The position numbers and the translations under genes were made by a program. A stretch of DNA of 64,000 nt from assembly GCA_025594325.1 (NCBI GenBank), contig JANHCV010000004.1, positions 1,612,001-1,676,000 on the forward strand. The letters are read 5' to 3'. The notes beneath the pieces were generated by a model. That model had not been told where the DNA came from. It did no database searches and was given only the letters and a program-made list of their open reading frames with translations. Numbering within the stretch: the first letter of the stretch is position 1; every line of letters begins with the position of its first letter. This document shows positions 56,101 through 64,000 of the stretch, piece after piece. This DNA comes from Blastocladiella emersonii ATCC 22665 (taxonomy: Eukaryota; Fungi; Blastocladiomycota).

Positions 56101-58854
56101 GCGACGCTCGTCGACGTCGTCCAGGCGCTCTCGCTCATCGCCAAGTCCTCGGCCAGCGTCACGGACCGGCTCACGGCCGTCGACACCCTCGTGGCGTCGC
56201 TGTCCGAGGCCGGGTCCGAGATCCACCCGCCGCGGTCGCCCGCGTCCTTTTCGTTCCGCATCGAGCACGACTCGGACGTGCTGAGCGACGAGGACGAGGA
56301 CGAGGAGGATGATGAGGATGAGGACGGGCGGCGCGACGCGTGGATCCGCACGGCGTCCGGGCTCCGCCGCCCGAGCACCGTCGGGTCCCGCCACTCGCAC
56401 CCGCGCCGCCGCCGCAGCTCCGCCGTCTCGGCCGCGTCGCGGTCACCCTCGGCGTCGGGCCGCGACCGGTACCCGTCACGCAGCCGCCGCGGCTCGTCTG
56501 CGTGCGCCGCACAGCCGGTGCTCGCGCGGAAGCTCAGCGCGGCACAGCTCGAGCTCGCGCACAAGCGGTCCGCGTCGTCCATCGGGTCCCGCCACCACCA
56601 CCGCGGGAGCAGCGGGAGCGATGACGAGTACGAGCAGCGCGAGCAGCAGCAGAAGGCCAAGGAAGTCGCCGCGGTCGTGTCCCGCGCGGTTGCCGCGGAA
56701 ACGCGCGACGCGCTGGTCTCCGTGGCGGCGTCGCTCGCGCAGCAGGCCGACGCGACGGCGCAGGTCCTCAACGAGGTGCAGGCGCAGTCCGAGGCCGTCG
56801 ACGGGAAGCTCACGGAGTTCCAGGACGAGCTCGCGATGCGGCTCGAGATGCTCGAGGAGCAGGCGCAGCAGCGCGACGAGCAGTTTGCCGGGTTCACGCA
56901 GTCGCTCATGGCCACGTTCGCGTCCCACATGGCCGCCATGGAGCAGCGGTACAACGCGCTCATGGGCCAGTTCGAGGCGCTCCAGGCCAACCGCGCCCGC
57001 CGGCTGTCGTGGTCGCCGAGCCAGCCGCCGCCGCCGCCCGCACTCGGCGAGAGTAAGGCCGTCATGGCGGGCCCGCCCGAGTCGGCTGAGATGGGCGTGG
57101 GTAGCGCGCGCCACTCGCTCGTCGATATGGGCGTCGGGACCTCAGCCCCGTCATCGCCCCGCGTCGTTCCCACCGACCCCGAGGTCACGACCACCACGGT
57201 CACCATGGTCGCCGTCAGCACCTCGACGACCACGTCGCCCACGCGCGCCGGCTTCTTCGAGGAGGTCAACGCCGACGGCACCCCGGCCTCACCTGCGCGG
57301 TCCCGCGCGTCGTCGGTCATCTCGGACCTCGTCCGCCGCGCGTCTACGACGTCGATTGTCAGCCGCATCATCACCGTGACCAGCCGCAGCAGCTCGCCGC
57401 CTGCGTCACCGACCAAGGCTTCGGCGCCCGAGTTTGAGGAGATCGAGGAGCCCGCCGCCGCTGCTGATCTCGCGGCGGCTCCGGCCCACGACGAGGCTGA
57501 CCGCGAGGCCGCCGAGGACGAGATCATGTCCTTCTTTTCGCTCAACCGCCGGCGCACGCTCGAGCGGTACGAGCCCAAGAAGGTGATCGTGCCCATCACG
57601 CTCGCGTCGCCCACGTCAGCGTCCGGCGGGTCGCCCGCATCGCCTACCTTCTCCGTGTCGTCGCTGCGCCGGTCCGGGTCGCGCATGAGCTACATGGGCT
57701 CGGCGTCGAGCTCGTACGGCGGCGGCAGTGGCAACATGCACAACCGGTCCTCGACCAGTCTCCGCACCACGACGTCGACGCTCGCGCCCGTCCAGGACAC
57801 CGACGAGCCCGAGGCCGCCGTCCCCAAAGTCCCGACCATCCCGCTCGCGACGCCCGCGCCCACGCCCATGGTCCCCGCGCTCACCTCGTTTGCGCGCCCG
57901 CTCACGCCGCCGCCGACCGCGTCGCAGTCCATGACGTCGTCGTTCGCGTCGACGCCCGGCAGCACCGCGACGCGCGGCCGGATGGCTGATGCCGCCGCAA
58001 TGCAGCGCCCGCCGTCGCCGCCCGCCCCAGCGCTCGCGGCCGACGCCGTGTCGCCAATGCGCCAGCGCCGCCTGAGTTCCGGCAGCAACGGCAGCCACCG
58101 CCGCGGCGTGTCCGTCGAGGCGACGAGCGACGGCGTCAGCGCGTTCGCGTCGCCCGCCACGTCGACGATCCTCGCGCCCGCTGCCGTCAAGCCGCAGGCG
58201 CCGTCCCCGCCGCCGTCGCCGACCGCGTCCCGCGCACTCTCCCGGCCCACGGCCACGGCTGCCGCCGGATCCGGCGCCGCGTCCATCATCTCGCGCAGCT
58301 TCGTCAGCACGAGCACCGGGTCGCAGCGGCCGCTGACGCTCGGGTACTCGACGATGCTCGAGGTCGATATCCCGAGCAGCAGCACCAAGTCGGTCGCGGC
58401 GCGGTCCACTGAGCACGGCGTGCAGTCATCCCCGCCCCTCTCGCCAATCCCCTCGCCGCCCGCCGCCACGGCCGCCGCGCCCGGCGCCCGCATGCACGTG
58501 CAGGTGGTCCCGACGAGCCCGCCGCCGACGGCCACGCAGCACGTCGTGTACGTGGACCGCGTGGTGCTGACGGCGGCCGAGGACGAGGCGCAGCGCGTGC
58601 GCCAGGCGAATGCGCAGGCGCAGGCACGGCGGCGCGGGTCGCCGCCGCTGTCCGCGGCGTCCACGACCATCAACCACTACCATTTGTCGGCGGCGCCCGC
58701 CCTGCCGCCGCAAGCCGCCGAGCCCGAGCGCCGCAAGAAGAAGAAGAAGGGCGCCGGCCGGCTCTGGGCTATGCTCAAGCGCGTGTTCCGCAAGCCCAGC
58801 GGGAACGCGCGGAGTGTTCGGATCGAGGTGCCGCGCGCGACGGCGGCGGACTAG
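53143..58854 (+). CDS. Large low-complexity protein with a tandem CWCH2-like zinc-finger cluster and a coiled-coil segment, 1903 aa
   Basis: Intronless ORF with host codon bias. CQW..CGQRF....LYKHL..AH, CHWRGC...RKDHFKKHI, CLDCG..H.C at about 54661-54990. Basic C-terminus. Confidence 0.8.
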   Translation: MVASATEPSADPALSPMDAALPATPTTPSASHADEDAEVSAVLERASAAPSRSPAGGVRHSPSRMSHHQLASEPGLDMIQESNLEDDGAANSLPRPPRTPEPPQSLDAYLATYASAAAAIAAAAGDSSSGLGFYHTAASAAPPAVAVSSDEEPPSVTGIPSDDDWTHPASPSARPRVLLSPTAVPASVVAAGVPLLQVKRPLAFPTVDDQVPSTAPPAVVVDEAEPEPIERVVSPSPPAPVKGKGKAKGAAGAVAKDTAKPTRSIVGARRGSATAATAASTAKAQAAAKPKVTTSKPAKQPSTSPAPARSTTGSSVITSPTGPAPRALSTVSGASRRSSSAAGPSAVGSSSAASLANLPAFAGPPTRPGGAVHHSTKRLSQFVEPDAMSMPRFPDQDMARLYVRHGTASFVGSTPAASMVSSAGRNGGGQSVHDDRYSVVSDLLMDSVSVAGGQRASTIGGRGVTPAAAAALGMHLGNGSAATTAAGSDPDRPLFPITLPPAGTSHHVCQWELSVCCHEWQDPSPTIRRAPRLCGQRFNSGDALYKHLVEAHSGVNTADRCGFCHWRGCLKVFRNSSKYLRKDHFKKHITELVEYVCLDCGRICEKDYGSGRHICRDPSHQSGAAALHADLAAAAAAAAGSSTGGSMVDGAFRRPSIASSESMGGDDLSSDASHQHLAVPPPAPGHHVTRIGVRRASGVASGLLSTIVSAGTSPASTPSPVHDGPASPTRSSVRRPSSAGTLPPPHSGTPSLHDELLVGPEDGLAAPGSSSMHSRKASSSVEEWVRNDAVSAIRRVSPTAPSAAPSTVNDPLFAEIDEVDQALGTLDGVAPAHGHGPRKLSLDAVPAGMSAAEFLAQHIDPALFAELERLLDAKKRAASPVPAPATMSEAATVAVAAIPAVETSEWGIQTSPPASPELAPVEDLVSSGTGTAEPVADSPDAFPLTQLAEIAELVLDRLGGLQAASDAQSVAIQALLDGQAPLRSVPATLVDVVQALSLIAKSSASVTDRLTAVDTLVASLSEAGSEIHPPRSPASFSFRIEHDSDVLSDEDEDEEDDEDEDGRRDAWIRTASGLRRPSTVGSRHSHPRRRRSSAVSAASRSPSASGRDRYPSRSRRGSSACAAQPVLARKLSAAQLELAHKRSASSIGSRHHHRGSSGSDDEYEQREQQQKAKEVAAVVSRAVAAETRDALVSVAASLAQQADATAQVLNEVQAQSEAVDGKLTEFQDELAMRLEMLEEQAQQRDEQFAGFTQSLMATFASHMAAMEQRYNALMGQFEALQANRARRLSWSPSQPPPPPALGESKAVMAGPPESAEMGVGSARHSLVDMGVGTSAPSSPRVVPTDPEVTTTTVTMVAVSTSTTTSPTRAGFFEEVNADGTPASPARSRASSVISDLVRRASTTSIVSRIITVTSRSSSPPASPTKASAPEFEEIEEPAAAADLAAAPAHDEADREAAEDEIMSFFSLNRRRTLERYEPKKVIVPITLASPTSASGGSPASPTFSVSSLRRSGSRMSYMGSASSSYGGGSGNMHNRSSTSLRTTTSTLAPVQDTDEPEAAVPKVPTIPLATPAPTPMVPALTSFARPLTPPPTASQSMTSSFASTPGSTATRGRMADAAAMQRPPSPPAPALAADAVSPMRQRRLSSGSNGSHRRGVSVEATSDGVSAFASPATSTILAPAAVKPQAPSPPPSPTASRALSRPTATAAAGSGAASIISRSFVSTSTGSQRPLTLGYSTMLEVDIPSSSTKSVAARSTEHGVQSSPPLSPIPSPPAATAAAPGARMHVQVVPTSPPPTATQHVVYVDRVVLTAAEDEAQRVRQANAQAQARRRGSPPLSAASTTINHYHLSAAPALPPQAAEPERRKKKKKGAGRLWAMLKRVFRKPSGNARSVRIEVPRATAAD

Positions 58855-59134
58855 TTTTGTGTGTTTTGTGTGTTCCATGCCCTCCCCTCCCACCACCCCC
58901 CTTTTTGTGTCCTAGCATCTGTAGTCTCTCGCTGCGCAGCAATAGAAGTGCCTCTCCATTCACTCACCCGCACGAGTCGCCAAGTGATGGCTGAAGGCAG
59001 CGACGACGCGCGCCGACACGCGCGTCGCCCAGCTCGAGTCGCGCCGCGCCACAGCCACCCATGAGATTGACTAGCGTAAGGTGATATATATGGGGTGTTG
59101 AAAGCTAATACTACTACCTCTGCGAGCCACGTCC

Positions 59135-61309
59135 TCATGCGGCCGCCTTGTAAGCCTTCTCGATCTCGGACTTATACTTGTTGTTGATGTTGCGGCGCTG
59201 GAGCTTCATGGCGGCCGTGAGCATCTCGTTCTGGGGCGTCCACTCCTCGTCGGCGAGGATGACGGCCTTGGGGTACTCGGCGGGCGCGAGGCCGTTCGAC
59301 TTGGCGATGGTCGCCAAATCCTTGACGATGGCAGCGCGCACGCGGTCGTCGTGGCACAGCTGCTCGACCGACGTGCTGTCGACATCGATGCCGAGCTTGC
59401 CGGCGAGCGTCTTGACCATGGGCGGGTGCGGGTTGCCGATCGCGATGGCGAACGAGCGCTCCGGGTCGGCGTAGATGCACACCTTGGCGAGGTAGTGACA
59501 GGCAGCGTAGATGGACTCGAGCTTCTCGAGGGCAATGTACTCGCCGTTGGACAGCTTGACGAGGTTCTTGCGGCGGTCAATGAGCGACAGCGTGCCGTCC
59601 GGGTTGATGCGGCCGACGTCGCCCGTCTTGAACCACCCGTCCTCGGTCATGGCCTCGCGCGTCAGCTCGGGCTGCTTGAAGTACCCGCGCATGATCGAGG
59701 GCCCGCGCAGGAGCACCTCGCCCGTCGGCGGCTCGGCCGTCGCCGAGTAGCCCGCCTCGGGCACGTCGATCAGCTTGTACTCGACGCACGGCATGGGCGC
59801 GCCGACGTTCTTGGTCGCGAACCCGAACTCGGGCGTCAGCACCGCCGTCAGACCCGCCGACTCGGTGGCGCCGAACCCGGCGATCAAAGGGCACAGGATC
59901 GACGAGATGAACAGCTGGGTGTCGGCCGACAGCGGGGCGCCGCCCGAGATGGCGAGCTTGAGGCGGCCGCCCGTCTCCTGGCGGATCTTGTTGAAGATGA
60001 GCGAGTCGGGGACGAACGAGTACTTTGACCCGCGCAGCAGCTGCATCTGCTTGAGCTTGAGGGCGGCGTTGACCGTGGCCTGGACGGCGCGCGGGAGGGA
60101 GCGCAGCTTGGACTCGATGCCCTTGGTGATGGCGCCCCAGACGGCGGGCACCCCCGCCATGACGTCGGGCTTGAGCGTCTTGAGGTCGCCGTGGCAGTTG
60201 CGGCAGCTCGAGTCGAGCAGGGTCTTGGGGTTGCCGTACCCGAGGCGCGCGCCCTTGTAGATGGCGTAGCACTCGACCATGAGCTCGAGCACGTGGGCGA
60301 GCGGCAGGTACGCGAGGTACACGTCGTCGGGGTTGACGAGCTCGCCGACCGACCCGTCGGCGCCCGCCATGGCCGCCAGCATGTTGCCGTGGGTCAGCTC
60401 GACGCCCTTGGGGTTGCCCGTCGACCCGCTCGTGTACATGATGCACGCGAGGTCCGTCGGCTCCGGGTGCGTCGCGTCGATCGGGTTGAGCGTGCCCTCG
60501 GCGATCAGGTGCTCGAGCGAGACAACGGTGAGGTGCGGGGCGGCGGCCTTAAGGGCGTCGAGCTGGTCGGCGGGCACCTCGCCGTCGTACACGATGACGC
60601 GCAGGTGCGTCGCCTTGGCGGCGACCTTGGTGATGATCGGGATGTGGTGGTTGTTGCAGAAGACGGCGGGCACCTCGGCCTCGTTGAGCGAGTACAGCAG
60701 ACCGTCGGCGCCGAGCGTGTCGTAGGCGGTGGTGATGGTGATGGCCTGCGAGTAGCACCCGTTGGCGACGAGCGTCCACTCGCGCGAGGTCGCGGCCCAC
60801 ACGCACAGGCGGTCGACGCGCGGGCGCAGGCCGAGGCGCACGAGCCCGGCGCCGATCTTGGCGGCGGTGATGGCGCACTCCTCGGCGGTCATCCACTCGT
60901 AGGGCCCGAGCTCAAAGTAGGTCCACTCCTTGGTGGTCACGACCTGCTTGCCGTCGACGACCTTGGTGATCTCCTTTTGCTCGCGGTGCGTCTTGTACAG
61001 GCGGCGGCGGCCGAGCATCTGGCGGTGCGGGTTGTAGGCGCGCGCGTACGGCATCAGGTCGGCCAGCGTGCGCAGCTCCATGCCCTCGACCAGCGACTTT
61101 GGCCGCTGCAGCAGGCCGTCGGCGGCCAGGTAGTGCCGGATCGTCGGCGACTCGCCGCCCGCCGGGTGCTCGCTCGGGATCGACAGGATCTTGCCCGCGG
61201 CCTTGCTCGTCGACGCCGAGCCCTGCGCGTACACGGTGGCGGTGGCGGCGGCGGCGACCGTCGTCGCGGCGGCGGCGATCATGCCGGGGGACAGCACGTT
61301 GGATGCCAT
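59135..61309 (-). CDS. Long-chain fatty acid-CoA ligase (Faa1/ACSL3-like)
   Basis: IMYTSGSTGNPKGV, YLAYLPLAHVLE, GFGATES, GWFKTGDVG, IDRRKNLVKLSNGEYIALEKLE. The ORF-track start at 61333 is TTG, so accaccATGg at 61309 is used. Confidence 0.95.
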   Translation of the reverse strand: MASNVLSPGMIAAAATTVAAAATATVYAQGSASTSKAAGKILSIPSEHPAGGESPTIRHYLAADGLLQRPKSLVEGMELRTLADLMPYARAYNPHRQMLGRRRLYKTHREQKEITKVVDGKQVVTTKEWTYFELGPYEWMTAEECAITAAKIGAGLVRLGLRPRVDRLCVWAATSREWTLVANGCYSQAITITTAYDTLGADGLLYSLNEAEVPAVFCNNHHIPIITKVAAKATHLRVIVYDGEVPADQLDALKAAAPHLTVVSLEHLIAEGTLNPIDATHPEPTDLACIMYTSGSTGNPKGVELTHGNMLAAMAGADGSVGELVNPDDVYLAYLPLAHVLELMVECYAIYKGARLGYGNPKTLLDSSCRNCHGDLKTLKPDVMAGVPAVWGAITKGIESKLRSLPRAVQATVNAALKLKQMQLLRGSKYSFVPDSLIFNKIRQETGGRLKLAISGGAPLSADTQLFISSILCPLIAGFGATESAGLTAVLTPEFGFATKNVGAPMPCVEYKLIDVPEAGYSATAEPPTGEVLLRGPSIMRGYFKQPELTREAMTEDGWFKTGDVGRINPDGTLSLIDRRKNLVKLSNGEYIALEKLESIYAACHYLAKVCIYADPERSFAIAIGNPHPPMVKTLAGKLGIDVDSTSVEQLCHDDRVRAAIVKDLATIAKSNGLAPAEYPKAVILADEEWTPQNEMLTAAMKLQRRNINNKYKSEIEKAYKAAA

Positions 61310-61496
61310 GGTGGTGGTTGCGTCTAGTAGCAACGGAGGGCGACGTCGTCGTCAGCTTGCCCTCTCTGTCTTCATCGTCGAGTCCATGGCGCGTTGCATG
61401 CAGTACCAGCTTCGTGGCGGTGTGGGCTACGTTGGATAGGGGATCGGTGCCCTCGTGTGTTGGGAGAGCGTTGGGGAGGCGGGGGCGGACGCCGAC

Positions 61497-61503
61497 TTAT
61501 ATA
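61497..61503 (-). promoter_or_regulatory. TATA box candidate for the acyl-CoA ligase
   Basis: TATATAA on the minus strand, about 190 nt upstream of the ATG. Confidence 0.5.
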
Positions 61504-62299
61504 CGGCCGCAGGGAGGGAGGGCGGGTCGGCGGGCGGCGACGCAGGGAGACACGCCCGTGATGGCGAGGGCCCCGCTTGCGTTGCGCGCCTCGTTTCTCC
61601 GTCGCCGACGGGCGCCGGTCGACGTCACTCCCTTCCCTCGCCGGCACCGACGCGCTCCCTATCTCGCGCGCGCCTTGAACACGGGCGCCCGTGGCTGGCT
61701 AACGATTACGGCCAAGCCCTGCCCAAGGCACACACACGCGCGCGCTCGACTGCATCATCGCCTCCCGTCCCGTCCCGTCCCTCCCGACCGCGTGCGCCAT
61801 CCGGCTCGGCGCAGCCGTCGGGGCCGTGCTTCCGCGCGTCGCCGCGATCACGCGGGGCAGGGCGACCGGCCCCCGCGAGTTCATGCGTGCGTGTCCCGCT
61901 CTTCATGCGCGCGCGGGGGTGGGGCCAGGACCCCTGTCCACGCCATCGCATGGCGCCGGGGCCTCCTGCAGGACGGGTCCGCGCGGGCCCCGTCACCGCG
62001 TTCCAGGATCAGCGAGGGCTCGCCGTGGTCTCTCAACACACACCATGCTCACCGCGACGCCGCGAGGATTGCGACGCGATGGGCTAGCGAGCTCGACCGA
62101 CAGGAACAACGGCGCTTGCGAGTTCCGGTGATGGGAACGCGTGCGCGGCGGGCAGCGGGGGAGTGACATCAGCGGCGCGAACTAATGAAATGGTGGCGCA
62201 GCCACGGCAAGGTAACGTCATGTCCTCGCTCTGATCTGAAACGGACCTGAAACAGCAACGCTACGGTTTGTGGACGGTCATTCACCTGTCAATGTCAAG

Positions 62300-62371
62300 G
62301 GGGCTGTAGCTCAGTGGTAGAGCGTCTGCTTTGCATGCAGAAGGCCTCGAGTTCGATCCTCGACTGCTCCA
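62300..62371 (+). tRNA. tRNA-Ala(UGC), intronless
   Basis: Cloverleaf: acceptor GGGGCTG/CTGCTCC with G3:U70, D-arm GCTC/GAGC, anticodon stem TCTGC/GCAGA with TGC at 62332-62334, T-loop TTCGATC. Followed by a TTTT Pol III terminator. Confidence 0.97.
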
Positions 62372-62663
62372 CTTTTCTTGTTCGTACTTTTGCCCCTGGA
62401 TCATCGCAAGCAACCGCACGGACCTGACCAACCCGGCCGGCCCGCAGGGGACCAAGACCGGCGGCTTTGACGCACCGAGCCGACGAAGACCCATGAACTT
62501 TCTCCACCTCCTTTGCGGCAGATCACTTAACGCTCGACACTGATCGGCCATCGAGCGCCACTGGCGCACCGCGTAACCTCTGACGCACTGGCGCCACAGG
62601 CCATCCGAGTTTCGCGGCTCACGGATCCTTGGCCACCGTGCCCCGCGACCACGGCCACGGCCA

Positions 62664-62669
62664 TATAAA
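62664..62669 (+). promoter_or_regulatory. TATA box
   Basis: TATAAA about 60 nt upstream of ATG 62731. Confidence 0.6.
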
Positions 62670-62730
62670 GCCAGCGTGTCTCTCCTCCCGCAACCCTGCA
62701 AACGGCTGGCCGTCCCACGCAATCATCATC

Positions 62731-63603
62731 ATGCGCTCGATCCTCGTCTCCGTCCTCCTCGCCATCCTGGCCGCGGCCATGGGCGTCAACGCCCGCTTCG
62801 GCCAAGAGAAGCCCTCGATCCTCGACGAGGTCGGCGCGCTGTCCAAGCTGCCCGGCGTGCCCGCCGACGGCCGCTTCAACCAGCTGCAGGCTAGCCTGAT
62901 CAACGCGCTCCTTGCCGCTGGACCGGCGTGCGGCGTCGCGACCGCCGCGGACGAGGTGCGCTTCACTCGACCGCTACCCATCACCCTTCGCCATCGCTGA
63001 CCCGCCCTCTCCTCCACGATCCAGATCCTCGACCGGTGCAAACAATTCGGCTGTACATCCACCGCACTCCCGCTCGCGCGCAAGCTCATGGCCCTCGAGA
63101 AGAACTTCAACCCGTTCAACGACGGCGCCGCTCCGAACCTGTGCGACGACGCGGTACTGCCCAAGTCGCCCGAGCTGCGCTGCATCGTGCCCGCCATCGA
63201 CCCCGCCGCGGGCGGCAAGGGCGGGATCTCGGCCGCCGAGTACAATGCCAAGGCCGCCGCGCGGCTGCAGGACGCGCTTGCGGGCCGCGTCACCGCCGCG
63301 GCGTGCGCGGGCAAGTCAGTCCGTCAGCTGGCGGTGGATCTTGGGCTCAGGGACTGTGTTGGTTGCGCGCAGCTCGCTGCGGGCGGGTCGACTGTCACGG
63401 CCACTGCAAGCGCGACGGCGACGGCCGCACCTGGCACCGAAACGTGTGCGCCCGCGCAGACGGTGACGCGCACGGTCACCGTGACCGTGGACGCGGCCAC
63501 GACCACGGCCGACTCGCTCAGCCCGACGGATGCGGCGTGCCCGCTGCGCAAGACGGCGACCGTGACCAAGACTGTGACCGTCGACGCTCCCGCTCGCACC
63601 TGA
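62731..63603 (+). CDS. Secreted Cys-containing protein with a Thr/Val-rich tail, 267 aa, intron 62956-63024
   Basis: Signal peptide MRSILVSVLLAILAAAMGVNA, mature start RFGQE, motifs EKNFNPF and CDD..LP...LRCIVPAIDP, and TVTVTV repeats. Confidence 0.85.
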
Positions 63604-63630
63604 GCTGCCGCTGAAATACATGAGATTCAT

Positions 63631-64000
63631 TCAATGACGCCCGTGGTGGTGCTCATTGGTCTTGAGCACCTTCCCCAGCTTGCCCGCGATCGCGCGCGGA
63701 TCCCACCCGAGCCCCTTGACGCGCGCGATCCCCGGCCACCGTGCCATCCACGCCATGTCGAGCCCGCGCTCCACGAGCTTGCCGTCGCGGACGTACGCGA
63801 CCTCGACCGCGCCGCCGCCATCGTCCTTCATCTCGCGGCGGCCCGAGCCGTTGTCGTCCACGACCTGGTGCAGGAACGCGCGCGTGCGGCGGTAGAACCA
63901 CGTTGCGTCGCGCGAGAACGGGAGCGCGAGCGGGAAGATGTGGACCTGGTGCTCGTGCACGTCGTGGACCAGGACGGGCGGCGCGCCGGGGATCCGCGCG
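63631..64000 (-). CDS. 3' end of a gene running off the window, probably an alpha/beta hydrolase
   Basis: Frame is open to the window edge. VLVHDVHEHQVHIFPL resembles the catalytic-His strand of abhydrolase_3 enzymes. Confidence 0.5.
   Translation of the reverse strand, partial: ARIPGAPPVLVHDVHEHQVHIFPLALPFSRDATWFYRRTRAFLHQVVDDNGSGRREMKDDGGGAVEVAYVRDGKLVERGLDMAWMARWPGIARVKGLGWDPRAIAGKLGKVLKTNEHHHGRH

Overview
Gene-dense (about 25 genes), very GC-rich eukaryotic DNA from a fungus. The fungal call rests on a trifunctional Trl1 tRNA ligase, a DUF1752-type protein and a Msg5/Sdp1-type phosphatase. An early-diverging lineage such as Blastocladiomycota is likely, but that is inference from GC content, short 60-90 nt introns with GTACGC/GTGCGT donors and CTGAC/CTAAC branch points, and a Y-box-like protein. 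Genes in order: PhoD-like phosphatase, RPS19, cold-shock/Y-box-like protein, alpha-arrestin, LTE1-like RasGEF, CDC123, RLP24, DUF1752 protein, GRIP golgin, bestrophin, NUF2, RPS22, UCH37, PSF1, PTH1, a possible orphan, MAPK phosphatase, TRL1, phytochelatin synthase, POLG/MIP1, a giant tandem-CWCH2 zinc-finger protein, long-chain acyl-CoA ligase, tRNA-Ala(UGC), a secreted protein and a truncated alpha/beta hydrolase. I saw no transposon, prophage or CRISPR array, and I cannot demonstrate a new multi-gene system. Best leads: (1) a 16-bp stem in the probable 5'-leader intron of RPS19, with a parallel long leader intron in RPS22; (2) a Trl1 with a mitochondrial-presequence-like extension ahead of a second in-frame ATG; (3) the Zic/Gli/PacC-like finger protein; (4) a Y-box-like gene with a 17-nt micro-exon. 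Exon boundaries were read by hand and no database searches were run.
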